From: Eledone cirrhosa
Taxonomy: Eukaryota
DNA: 64,000 nucleotides
Direction of reading: 5' to 3'
Assembly (NCBI GenBank): GCA_964016885.1
Contig: OZ024743.1
Span: 141,112,001 to 141,176,000 of the forward strand
This document shows, piece after piece, positions 43,810 through 58,599 of the stretch (within the stretch, counting starts at the first letter, position 1; every line of letters begins with the position of its first letter). Below the pieces are notes generated by a model that was not told where the DNA came from, searched no databases, and saw only the letters and a program-made list of their open reading frames with translations. The translations under genes were made by a program, and so were the position numbers.

Positions 43810-46800
43810 AGCGCCAAAGACCAAACACCAAGCACCAAGCACGAAACACCAAGCACCAAGCACCGAACACCAAACACCAAGTACCAAGCACCAATCACCA
43901 AACACCAAGCACCAAGCACCAAACACCAAACACCAAGCACCAAGCACCAAACACCAAACACCAAGCACCAAGCCCCAAGCACCAAACAGCAAGCACCAAG
44001 CACCAAACACCAAACACCAAGCACCAAGCACTAAACACCAAACACCAAGCACCAAGCACCAAGCACCAAGCACCAAGCACCAAACACCAAGCACCAAGCA
44101 CCAAGCACCAAGCACCAAGCACCAAACACCAAGCACCAAGCACCAAACAGCAAACACCAAGCACCAAACACCAAACACCAAGCACCAAGCACCAAACACC
44201 AAACACCAAACACCAAGCACCAAGCCCCAAGCACCAAACACCAAGCACCAAGCACCAAACACCAAGCACGAAGCACCAAGCACCATGCACCAAACACCAA
44301 GCACCAAGCACCAAACAGCAAACACCAAACAGCAAACACCAAACACCAAACACCAACCAGCAAACACCAAACACCAAACACCAAACAGCAAACACCAAAC
44401 AGCAAACACCAAACAGCAAACACCAAACACCAAACACCAAACAGCAAATGCCTAAAAGCAAACGCCAAACCCCAAACGCCAAACAGTAAATGCCAAACCC
44501 CAAACGCCAAACAGCAAACGCCAAGCGCCAAACGCCAACCACCAAGCGCCAAGCACCAAACACCAAACACCAAGCACCAAGCACCAAACACCAAACACCA
44601 AGCACCAAGTACCAAACACCAAACACCAAGCACCAAACACCAAACAGCAAACACCAAAAAGCAAATGCCAAACCCCATACGCCAAACAGCAAATGCCAAA
44701 CCCCAAACGCCAAACAGCAAACGCCAAGCACCGAACACCAAACACCAAGCGCCAAGCACCAAACACCAAACACCAAGCACCAAGCACCAAACACCAAACA
44801 CCAAGCACCAATCACCAAACACCAAGCACCAAGCGCCAAGCACCAAACACCAAACACCTAGCACCAAGCACCAAGCACCAAACACCAAGTACCAAACACC
44901 AATCACCAAGCCCCAAGCACCAAACACCAAGCACCAAGCACCAAACACCAAACACCAAGCACCAAGCACCCAGAACCAAGCACCAAGCACCAAACACCAA
45001 GCACCAAGCACCGAGCACCAAACACCAAGAACCAAGCACCAGGCACTAAACACCAAACACCAAGCACCAAGCACCAAACACCAAACACCAAGCACCAAAC
45101 ACCAAACAGCAAACGCCAAAAAGCAAACGCCAAACCCCATACGCCAAACAGCAAATGCCAAACCCCAAACGCCAAACAGCAAACGCCAGGCACCAAACAC
45201 CAAACACCAAGCGCCAAGCACCAAACACCAAACACCAAGCACCAAGCACCAAACACCAAACACCAAGCACCAATCACCAAACACCAAGCACCAAGCGCCA
45301 AGCACCAAACACCAAACACCTAGCACCAAGCACCAAGCACCAAACACCAAGCACCAAACACCAATCACCAAGCCCCAAGCACCAAACACCAAGCACCAAG
45401 CACCAAACACCAAACACCAAGCACCAAGCACCAAGGACCAAGCACCAAACACCAAGAACCAAGCACCAAGCACTAAACACCAAACACCAAGCACCAAGCA
45501 CCAAACACCAAACACCAAGCACCAAGTACCAAACTCCAAACACCAAACACCAAGCACCAAGCACCAAATCCCAAGCACCAAACACCAAGCACCAATCACC
45601 AAACACCAAACACCAAGCACCAAGCACCAAACTCCAAAAACCAAGCACCAAGCACCAAGCACCAAACACCAAACGCCAAACACCAAACACCAAGTACCAA
45701 GCACCAAACACCAAGCACCAAGCGCCAAAGACCAAACACCAAGCACCAAGCACGAAACACCAAGCACCAAGCACCGAGCACCAAACACCAAGTACCAAGC
45801 ACCAAACACCAAACACCAAGCACCAAGCACCAAACACCAAACACCAAGCACCAAGTACCAAACACCAAACACCAAACACCAAACACCAAACAGCAAACGC
45901 CAAAAAGCAAACGCCAAACTCCAAACGCCAAACAACAAACGCCAAGGACCAAACACCAAACACCAAGCGCCAAGCACAAAACACCAAACACCAAGCACCA
46001 AGCACCAAACACCAAACACCAAGGACCAATCACCAAACACCAAGCACCAAACACCAAGCACCAAACACCAAGCACCAAGCACCAAGCGCCAAACACCAAA
46101 CACCAAACACCTAGCACCAAGCACCAAGCACCAAACACCAAGCACCAAACACCAAGCACCAAGCACCAAGCACCAAGCACCAAGCACCAAACACCAATCA
46201 CCAAGCCCCAAGCACCAAACACCAAGCACCCAGCACCATACACCAAACACCAAGCACCAAGCACCCAGAACAAAGCACCAAGCACCAAACACCAAACACC
46301 AAGCTCCAAGCACCAAACACCAAACACCAAGCACCAAGCACCAAGCACCAAGCACCAAACACCAAACACCAAGCACCAAGCACCAAACACCAAACACCAA
46401 GCACCAATCACCAAACACCAAGCACCAAGCGCCAAACACCAAACACCAAACACCTAGCACCAAGCACCAAGCACCGAACACCAAGCACCAAACACCAAGC
46501 ACCAAGCACCAAGCACCAAGCACCAAGCACCAAACACCAATCACCAAGCCCCAAGCACCAAACACCAAGCACCAAGCACCAAACACCAAACACCAAGCAC
46601 CAAGCACCCAGAACCAAGCACCAAGCACCAAACACCAAACACCAAGCACCAAGCACCAAACCCCAAACACCAAGCACCAAGCACCAAGCACCAAGCACCA
46701 AACACCATACACCAAGCACCAAGCACCAAACACCAAAAACCAATCACCAAGCACCAAAGAGCAAACACCAAGCCCCAAGCAACAAACACCAAACACCAAA

Positions 46801-49800
46801 CACCAAAAAGCAAACACTAAACACCAAACACCAAATAGCAAACACCAAACACCAAATAGCAAACACCAAACACCAACCAGGAAACACCAAACAGCAAACA
46901 CCAAACAGCAAACGCCAAACAGCAAACACAAACACCAAGCACCAAACACCAAGCACCAACCACCAAGCACCAAACACCAAGCACCAAGCACCAAGCACCA
47001 AGCACCAAGCACCAAACACCAAGCACCAAGCACCAAACAGCAAACACCAAGCACCAAACACCAAACACCACGCACCAAGCAACAAACACCAAACACCAAG
47101 CACCAAACACCAAGCACCAAGCCCCAAGCACGAAACACCAAGCACCAAGCACGAAACACCAAGCACCAAGCACCAAGCACCATGCACCAAACACCAAGCA
47201 CCAAGCACCAAACAGCAAACACCAAACAACAAACACCAAACAGCAAACACCAAACAGCAAACACCAAACAGCAAACACCAAACAGCAAACGCCAAAAAGC
47301 AAACGCCAAACTCCAAACGCCAAACAGCAAATGCCAAACCCAAACGCCAAACAGCAAACGCCAAGCACCAAACACCAAACACCAAGCACCAAGTACCAAA
47401 CACCAAACAGCAAGCACCAAACACCAAACAGCAAACGCCAAAAAGCAAACGCCAAACCCCATACGCCAAACAACAAATGCCAAACCCCAAACGCCAAACA
47501 GCAAACGCCAAGCACCGAACACCAAACACCAAGAACCAAGCACCAAGCACTAAACACCAAACACCAAGCACCAAGCACCAAACACCAAACACCAAGCACC
47601 AAGCACCGAGCACCAAACACCAACAACCAAGCACCAAGCACTAAACACCAAACACCAAGCACCAAGCACCAAACACCAAACACCAAGCACCAAACACCAA
47701 ACAGCAAACGCCAAAAAGCAAACGCCAAACCCCATACGCCAAACAGCAAATGCCAAACTCCAAACGCCAAACAGCAAACGCCAGGCACCAAACACCAAAC
47801 ACCAAGCGCCAAGCACCAAACACCAAACACCAAGCACCAAGCACCAAACACCAAACACCAAGCACCAATCACCAAACACCAAGCACCAAGCGCCAAGCAC
47901 CAAACACCAAACACCTAGCACCAAGCACCAAGCACCAAACACCAAGCACCAAACACCAATCACCAAGCCCCAAGCACCAAACACCAAGCACCAAGCACCA
48001 AACACCAAACACCAAGCACCAAGCACCAAGGACCAAGCACCAAACACCAAGCACCAAGCACCGAGCACCAAACACCAAGAACCAAGCACCAAGCACTAAA
48101 CACCAAACACCAAGCACCAAGCACCAAACACCAAACACCAAGCACCAAGTACAAAACTCCAAACACCAAACACCAAGCACCAAGCACCAAATCCCAAGCA
48201 CCAAACACCAAGCACCAATCACCAAACACCAAACACCAAGCACCAAGCACCAAACTCCAAAAACCAAGCACCAAACACCAAGCACCAAACACCAAGCACC
48301 AAGCGCCAAAGACCAAACACCAAGCACCTAGCACGAAACACCAAGCACCAAGAACCGAGCACCAAACACCAAGTACCAAGCACCAATCACCAAACACCAA
48401 GCACCAAGCACCAAACACCAAACACCAAGCACCAAGCACCAAGCATCAAGCACCAAGCACCAAACACCAACCACCAAGCACCAAACACCAAACACAAAAC
48501 AACAAGTACCAAGCACCAAACACCAAACACCAAACACCAAACACCAAGCACCAAGCACAAGACACCAAGCACCAAGCACCAAGCACCAAGCACCAAAAAC
48601 CAAGCACCAAGCTCCAAGCACCAAACACCAAGCACCAAACACCAAACACCAAGCACCAAGCACCAAACACCAAGCACCAAGCGCCAAACACCAAACACCA
48701 AGCACCAAGCACCAAACACCAAGCACCAACCACCAAGCACCAAACACCAAGCACCAAGCACCAAGCACCAAGCACCAAGCACCAAACACCAAGCACCAAG
48801 CACCAAACAGCAAACACCAAGCACCAAACACCAAACACCACGCACCAAGCAACAAACACCAAACACCAAGCACCAAGCACCAAGCACCATGCACCAAACA
48901 CCAAGCACCAAGCACCAAACAGCAAACACCAAACAACAAACACCAAACAGCAAACACCAAACAGCAAACACCAAAGAGCAAACACCAAACAGCAAACGCC
49001 AAAAGGCAAACGCCAAACTCCAAACGCCAAACAGCAAATGCCAAACCCAAACGCCAAACAGCAAACGCCAAGCACAAAACACCAAACACCAAGCGCCAAG
49101 CACCAAACACCAAACACCAAGCACCAAGCACCAAATACCAAACACCAAGTACCAAACACCAAACACCAAGCACCAAACACCAAACAGCAAACGCAAAAAA
49201 GCAAACGCCAAACCCCATACGCCAAACAGCAAATGCCAAACCCCAAATGCCAAACGGCAAACGCCAAGCACTAAACACCAAACACCAAGCGCCAAGCACC
49301 AAACACCAAACACCAAGCACCAAGCACCAAGCACCAAACACCAATCACCAAGCCCCAAGCACCAAACACCAAGCACCCAGCACCAAACACCAAACACCAA
49401 GCACCAAGCACCCAGAACAAAGCACCAAGCACCAAACACCAAACACCAAGCTCCAAGCACCAAACACCAAACACCAAGCACCAAGCACCAAGCACCAAAC
49501 ACCAAACACCAAACACCTAGCACCAAGCACCAAGCACCGAACACCAAGCACCAAGCACCAAGCACCAAGCACCAAGCACCAAACACCAATCACCAAGCCC
49601 CAAGCACCAAACACCAAGCACCAAGCACCAAACACCAAACACCAAGCACCAAGCACCAAACACCAAACACCAAGCACCAAGCACCAAGCACCAAGCACCA
49701 AACACCATACACCAAACAGCAAACACCAAAAAGCAAACGCCAAACCCCATACGCCAAACAGCAAATGCCAAACCCCAAACGCCAAACAGCAAACGCCAAG

Positions 49801-52800
49801 CACCAAACACCAAACACCAAGCGTCAAGCACCAAACACCAAACACCAAGCACCAAGCACCAAACACCAAACACCAAGCACCAATCACCAAACACCAAGCA
49901 CCAAGCGCCAAGCACCAAACACCAAACACCTACCACCAAGCACCAAGCACCAAACACCAAGCACCAAACACCAATCACCAAGCCACAAGCACCAAACACC
50001 AAGCACCAAGCACCAAACACCAAACACCAAGCACCAAGCACCCAGAACCAAGCACCAAGCACCAAACACCAAGCACCAAGCACCGAGCACCAAACACCAA
50101 GAACCAAGCACCAAGCACTAAACACCAAACACCAAGCACCAAGCACCAAACACCAAACACCAAGCACCAAGTACCAAACTCCAAACACCAAACACCAAGC
50201 ACCAAGCACCAAATCCCAAGCACCAAACACCAAGCACCAATCACCAAACACCAAACACCAAGCACCAAGCACAAAACTCCAAAAACCAAGCACCAAGCAC
50301 CAAGCACCAAACACCAAAGGCCAAACACCAAACACCAAGTACCAAGCACCAAACACCAAGCACCAAGCGCCAAAGACCAAACACCAAGCACCAAGCACGA
50401 AACACCAAGCACCAAGCACCGAGCACCAAACACCAAGTACCAAGCACCAATCACCAAACACCAAGCACCAAGCACCAAACACCAAACACCAAGCACCAAG
50501 CACCAAACACCAAACACCAAGCACCAAGCCCCAAGCACCAAACAGCAAGCACCAAGCACCAAACACCAAACACCAAGCACCAAGCACTAAACACCAAACA
50601 CCAAGCACCAAGCACCAAGCACCAAGCACCAAGCACCAAACACCAAGCACCAAGCACCAAGCACCAAGCACCAAGCACCAAACACCAAGCACCAAGCACC
50701 AAACAGCAAACACCAAGCACCAAACACCAAACACCAAGCACCAAGCACCAAACACCAAACACCAAACACCAAGCACCAAGCCCCAAGCACCAAACACCAA
50801 GCACCAAGCACCAAACACCAAGCACGAAGCACCAAGCACCATGCACCAAACACCAAGCACCAAGCACCAAACAGCAAACACCAAACAGCAAACACCAAAC
50901 ACCAAACACCAACCAGCAAACACCAAACACCAAACACCAAACAGCAAACACCAAACAGCAAACACCAAACAGCAAACACCAAACACCAAACACCAAACAG
51001 CAAATGCCAAAAAGCAAACGCCAAACCCCAAACGCCAAACAGTAAATGCCAAACCCCAAACGCCAAACAGCAAACACCAAGCGCCAAGCACCAAACACCA
51101 AACACCAAGCACCAAACACCAAACACCAAACACCAAGCACCAAGTACCAAACACCAAACACCAAGAACCAAACACCAAACAGCAAACACCAAAAAGCAAA
51201 TGCCAAACCCCATACGCCAAACAGCAAATGCCAAACCCCAAACGCCAAACAGCAAACGCCAAGCACCGAACACCAAACACCAAGCGCCAAGCACCAAACA
51301 CCAAACACCAAGCACCAAGCACCAAACACCAAACACCAAGCACCAATCACCAAACACCAAGCACCAAGCGCCAAGCACCAAACACCAAACACCTAGCACC
51401 AAGCACCAAGCACCAAACACCAAGTACCAAACACCAATCACCAAGCCCCAAGCACCAAACACCAAGCACCAAGCACCAAACACCAAACACCAAGCACCAA
51501 GCACCCAGAACCAAGCACCAAGCACCAAACACCAAGCACCAAGCACCGAGCACCAAACACCAAGAACCAAGCACCAGGCACTAAACACCAAACACCAAGC
51601 ACCAAGCACCAAACACCAAACACCAAGCACCAAACACCAAACAGCAAACGCCAAAAAGCAAACGCCAAACCCCATACGCCAAACAGCAAATGCCAAACCC
51701 CAAACGCCAAACAGCAAACGCCAGGCACCAAACACCAAACACCAAGCGCCAAGCACCAAACACCAAACACCAAGCACCAAGCACCAAACACCAAACACCA
51801 AGCACCAATCACCAAACACCAAGCACCAAGCGCCAAGCACCAAACACCAAACACCTAGCACCAAGCACCAAGCACCAAACACCAAGCACCAAACACCAAT
51901 CACCAAGCCCCAAGCACCAAACACCAAGCACCAAGCACCAAACACCAAACACCAAGCACCAAGCACCAAGGACCAAGCACCAAACACCAAGCACCAAGCA
52001 CCGAGCACCAAACACCAAGAACCAAGCACCAAGCACTAAACACCAAACACCAAGCACCAAGCACCAAACACCAAACACCAAGCACCAAGTACCAAACTCC
52101 AAACACCAAACACCAAGCACCAAGCACCAAATCCCAAGCACCAAACACCAAGCACCAATCACCAAACACCAAACACCAAGCACCAAGCACCAAACTCCAA
52201 AAACCAAGCACCAAGCACCAAGCACCAAACACCAAACGCCAAACACCAAACACCAAGTACCAAGCACCAAACACCAAGCACCAAGCGCCAAAGACCAAAC
52301 ACCAAGCACCAAGCACGAAACACCAAGCACCAAGCACCGAGCACCAAACACCAAGTACCAAGCACCAAACACCAAACACCAAGCACCAAGCACCAAACAC
52401 CAAACACCAAGCACCAAGTACCAAACACCAAACACCAAACACCAAACACCAAACAGCAAACGCCAAAAAGCAAACGCCAAACTCCAAACGCCAAACAACA
52501 AACGCCAAGGACCAAACACCAAACACCAAGCGCCAAGCACCAAACACCAAACACCAAGCACCAAGCACCAAACACCAAACACCAAGGACCAATCACCAAA
52601 CACCAAGCACCAAACACCAAGCACCAAACACCAAGCACCAAGCACCAAGCGCCAAACACCAAACACCAAACACCTAGCACCAAGCACCAAGCACCAAACA
52701 CCAAGCACCAAACACCAAGCACCAAGCACCAAGCACCAAGCACCAAGCACCAAACACCAATCACCAAGCCCCAAGCACCAAACACCAAGCACCCAGCACC

Positions 52801-55800
52801 ATACACCAAACACCAAGCACCAAACACCCAGAACAAAGCACCAAGCACCAAACACCAAACACCAAGCTCCAAGCACCAAACACCAAACACCAAGCACCAA
52901 GCACCAAGCACCAAGCACCAAACACCAAACACCAAGCACCAAGCACCAAACACCAAACACCAAGCACCAATCACCAAACACCAAGCACCAAGCGCCAAAC
53001 ACCAAACACCAAACACCTAGCACCAAGCACCAAACACCGAACACCAAGCACCAAACACCAAGCACCAAGCACCAAGCACCAAGCACCAAGCACCAAACAC
53101 CAATCACCAAGCCCCAAGCACCAAACACCAAGCACCAAGCACCAAACACCAAACACCAAGCACCAAGCACCCAGAACCAAGCACCAAGCACCAAACACCA
53201 AACACCAAGCACCAAGCACCAAACCCCAAACACCAAGCACCAAGCACCAAGCACCAAGCACCAAACACCAAAAACCAATCACCAAGCACCAAAGAGCAAA
53301 CACCAAGCCCCAAGCAACAAACACCAAACACCAAACACCAAAAAGCAAACACTAAACACCAAACACCAAATAGCAAACACCAAACACCAAATAGCAAACA
53401 CCAAACACCAACCAGGAAACACCAAACAGCAAACACCAAACAGCAAACGCCAAACAGCAAACACAAACACCAAGCACCAAACACCAAGCACCAACCACCA
53501 AGCACCAAACACCAAGCACCAAGCACCAAGCACCAAGCACCAAGCACCAAACACCAAGCACCAAGCACCAAACAGCAAACACCAAGCACCAAACACCAAA
53601 CACCACGCACCAAGCAACAAACACCAAACACCAAGCACCAAACACCAAGCACCAAGCCCCAAGCACGAAACACCAAGCACCAAGCACGAAACACCAAGCA
53701 CCAAGCACCAAGCACCATGCACCAAACACCAAGCACCAAGCACCAAACAGCAAACACCAAACAACAAACACCAAACAGCAAACACCAAACAGCAAACACC
53801 AAACAGCAAACACCAAACAGCAAACGCCAAAAAGCAAACGCCAAACTCCAAACGCCAAACAGCAAATGCCAAACCCAAACGCCAAACAGCAAACGCCAAG
53901 CACAAAACACCAAACACCAAGCGCCAAGCACCAAACACCAAACACCAAGCACCAAGCACCAAATACCAAACACCAAGCACCAAGTACCAAACACCAAACA
54001 CCAAGCACCAAACACCAAACAGCAAACGCAAAAAAGCAAACGCCAAACCCCATACGCCAAACAGCAAATGCCAAACCCCAAATGCCAAACGGAAAACGCC
54101 AAGCACCAAACACCAAACACCAAGCGCCAAGCACCAAACACCAAACACCAAGCACCAAGCACCAAACACCAAACACCAAGCACCAATCACCAAACACCAA
54201 ACACCAAGCGCCAAACACCAAACACCAAACACCTATCACCAAGCACCAAGCACCAAACACCAAGCACCAAACACCAAGCACCAAGCACCAAGCACCAAGC
54301 ACCAAACACCAATCACCAAGCCCCAAGCACCAAACACCAAGCACCCAGCACCAAACACCAAACACCAAGCACCAAGCACCCAGAACAAAGCACCAAGCAC
54401 CAAACACCAAACACCAAGCTCCAAGCACCAAACACCAAACACCAAGCACCAAGCACCAAGCACCAAACACCAAACACCAAGCACCAATCACCAAACACCA
54501 AGCACCAAGCGCCAAACACCAAACACCAAACACCTAGCACCAAGCACCAAGCACCGAACACCAAGCACCAAGCACCAAGCACCAAGCACCAAGCACCAAA
54601 CACCAATCACCAAGCCCCAAGCACCAAACACCAAGCACCAAGCACCAAACACCAAACACCAAGCACCAAGCACCAAACACCAAACACCAAGCACCAAGCA
54701 CCAAGCACCAAGCACCAAGCACCAAACACCATACACCAAACAGCAAACGCCAAAAAGCAAACGCCAAACCCCATACGCCAAACAACAAATGCCAAACCCC
54801 AAACGCCAAACAGCAAACGCCAAGCACCAAACACCAAACACCAAGCGTCAAGCACCAAACACCAAACACCAAGCACCAAGCACCAAACACCAAACACCAA
54901 GCACCAATCACCAAACACCAAGCACCAAGCGCCAAGCACCAAACACCAAACACCTAGCACCAAGCACCAAGCACCAAACACCAAGCACCAAACACCAATC
55001 ACCAAGCCCCAAGCACCAAGCACCAAACACCAATCACCAAGCCACAAGCACCAAACACCAAGCACCCAGAACCAAGCACCAAGCACCAAACACCAAACAC
55101 CAAGCACCAAGCACCAAACACCAAAAACCAAGCACCAAGCACCAAGCACCAAACACCAAGAACCAAGCACCAAGCACTAAACACCAAACACCAAGCACCA
55201 AGCACCAAACACCAAACACCAAGCACCAAGTACCAAACTCCAAACACCAAACACCAAGCACCAAGCACCAAATCCCAAGCACCAAACACCAAGCACCAAT
55301 CACCAAACACCAAACACCAAGTACCAAGCACCAAACTCCAAAAACCAAGCACCAAGCACCAAGCACCAAACACCAAACGCCAAACACCAAACACCAAGTA
55401 CCAAGCACCAAACACCAAGCACCAAGCGCCAAAGACCAAACACCAAGCACCAAGCACGAAACACCAAGCACCAAGCACCGAGCACCAAACACCAAGTACC
55501 AAGCACCAATCACCAAACACCAAGCACCAAGCACCAAACACCAAACACCAAGCACCAAGCACCAAACACCAAACACCAAGCACCAAGCCCCAAGCACCAA
55601 ACAGCAAGCACCAAGCACCAAACACCAAACACCAAGCACCAAGCACTAAACACCAAACACCAAGCACCAAGCACCAAGCACCAAGCACCAAGCACCAAAC
55701 ACCAAGCACCAAGCACCAAGCACCAAGCACCAAGCACCAAACACCAAGCACCAAGCACCAAACAGCAAACACCAAGCACCAAACACCAAACACCAAGCAC

Positions 55801-58430
55801 CAAGCACCAAACACCAAACACCAAACACCAAGCACCAAGCCCCAAGCACCAAACACCAAGCACCAAGCACCAAACACCAAGCACGAAGCACCAAGCACCA
55901 TGCACCAAACACCAAGCACCAAGCACCAAACAGCAAACACCAAACAGCAAACACCAAACACCAAACACCAACCAGCAAACAGCAAACACCAAACACCAAA
56001 CAGCAAACACCAAACAGCAAACACCAAACAGCAAACACCAAACACCAAACACCAAACAGCAAATGCCAAAAAGCAAACGCCAAACCCCAAACGCCAAACA
56101 GTAAATGCCAAACCCCAAACGCCAAACAGCAAACGCCAAGCGCCAAACGCCAAACACCAAGCGCCAAGCACCAAACACCAAACACCAAGCACCAAGCACC
56201 AAACACCAAACACCAAGCACCAAGTACCAAACACCAAACACCAAGCACCAAACCCCAAACAGCAAACACCAAAAAGCAAATGCCAAACCCCATACGCCAA
56301 ACAGCAAATGCCAAACCCCAAACGCCAAACAGCAAACGCCAAGCACCGAACACCAAACACCAAGCGCCAAGCACCAAACACCAAACACCAAGCACCAAGC
56401 ACCAAACACCAAACACCAAGCACCAATCACCAAACACCAAGCACCAAGCGCCAAGCACCAAACACCAAACACCTAGCACCAAGCACCAAGCACCAAACAC
56501 CAAGTACCAAACACCAATCACCAAGCCCCAAGCACCAAACACCAAGCACCAAGCACCAAACACCAAACACCAAGCACCAAGCACCCAGAACCAAGCACCA
56601 AGCACCAAACACCAAGCACCAAGCACCGAGCACCAAACACCAAGAACCAAGCACCAAGCACTAAACACCAAACACCAAGCACCAAGCACCAAACACCAAA
56701 CACCAAGCACCAAACACCAAACAGCAAACGCCAAAAAGCAAACGCCAAACCCCATACGCCAAACAGCAAATGCCAAACCCCAAACGCCAAACACCAAACG
56801 CCAGGCACCAAACACCAAACACCAAGCGCCAAGCACCAAACACCAAACACCAAGCACCAAGCACCAAACACCAAACACCAAGCACCAATCACCAAACACC
56901 AAGCACCAAGCGCCAAACACCAAACACCAAGCACCAAGCACCAAGGACCAAGCACCAAACACCAAGCACCAAGCACCGAGCACCAAACACCAAGAACCAA
57001 GCACCAAGCACTAAACACCAAACACCAAGCACCAAGCACCAAGCACCAAATCCCAAGCACCAAACACCAAGCACCAATCACCAAACACCAAACACCAAGC
57101 ACCAAGCACCAAACTCCAAAAACCAAGCACCAAGCACCAAGCACCAAACACCAAACGCCAAACACCAAACACCAAGTACCAAGCACCAAACACCAAGCAC
57201 CAAGCGCCAAAGACCAAACACCAAGCACCAAGCACGAAACACCAAGCACCAAGCACCGAGCACCAAACACCAAGTACCAAGCACCAAACACCAAACACCA
57301 AGCACCAAGCACCAAACACCAAACACCAAGCACCAAGTACCAAACACCAAACACCAAACACCAAACACCAAACAGCAAACGCCAAAAAGCAAACGCCAAA
57401 CTCCAAACGCCAAACAACAAACGCCAAGGACCAAACACCAAACACCAAGCGCCAAGCACCAAACACCAAACACCAAGCACCAAGCACCAAACACCAAACA
57501 CCAAGGACCAATCACCAAACACCAAGCACCAAACACCAAGCACCAAACACCAAGCACCAAGCACCAAGCGCCAAACACCAAACACCAAACACCTAGCACC
57601 AAGCACCAAGCACCAAACACCAAGCACCAAACACCAAGCACCAAGCACCAAGCACCAAGCACCAAGCACCAAACACCAATCACCAAGCCCCAAGCACCAA
57701 ACACCAAGCACCCAGCACCATACACCAAACACCAAGCACCAAGCACCCAGAACAAAGCACCAAGCACCAAACACCAAACACCAAGCTCCAAGCACCAAAC
57801 ACCAAACACCAAGCACCAAGCACCAAGCACCAAGCACCAAACACCAAACACCAAGCACCAAGCACCAAACACCAAACACCAAGCACCAATCACCAAACAC
57901 CAAGCACCAAGCGCCAAACACCAAACACCAAACACCTAGCACCAAGCACCAAGCACCGAACACCAAGCACCAAACACCAAGCACCAAGCACCAAGCACCA
58001 AGCACCAAGCACCAAACACCAATCACCAAGCCCCAAGCACCAAACACCAAGCACCAAGCACCAAACACCAAACACCAAGCACCAAGCACCCAGAACCAAG
58101 CACCAAGCACCAAACACCAAACACCAAGCACCAAGCACCAAACCCCAAACACCAAACACCAAGCACCAAGCACCAAGCACCAAGCACCAAACACCATACA
58201 CCAAGCACCAAGCACCAAACACCAAAAACCAATCACCAAGCACCAAAGAGCAAACACCAAGCCCCAAGCAACAAACACCAAACACCAAACACCAAAAAGC
58301 AAACACTAAACACCAAACACCAAATAGCAAACACCAAACACCAAATAGCAAACACCAAACACCAACCAGGAAACACCAAACAGCAAACACCAAACAGCAA
58401 ACGCCAAACAGCAAACACAAACACCAAACA
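43810..58430 (+). repeat. Three dispersed copies of a ~3.3-3.7 kb block (~43810-47350, ~50120-53900, ~55180-58430)
   Basis: ORF triplets 43895/50451/55510, 44665/51200/56280, 45596/52159/57078, 46198/52761/57680. Shared CAACAAA CGCCAAG GACCAAA and a GAGCAAA...CAGGAAA block. Confidence 0.88.
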
Positions 58431-58599
58431 CCAAACACCAAGCACCAAGCACCAAGCACAAAACCCCAAGCACCAAGCGCCAAGCACCAAACACCAAGCA
58501 CCAAACACCAAACACCAAGCACCAATCACCAAACACCAAGCACCAAGCGCCAAACACCAAACACCAAACACCTAGCACCAAGCACCAAGCACCGAACAC

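Noticed and set aside
89-57430. CRISPR-like repeat/spacer reading of cassettes and intervening tracts
   Set aside because: The intervening tracts are the same 7-mer, are hundreds of bp long and are not unique; there is no leader, palindrome or cas gene.
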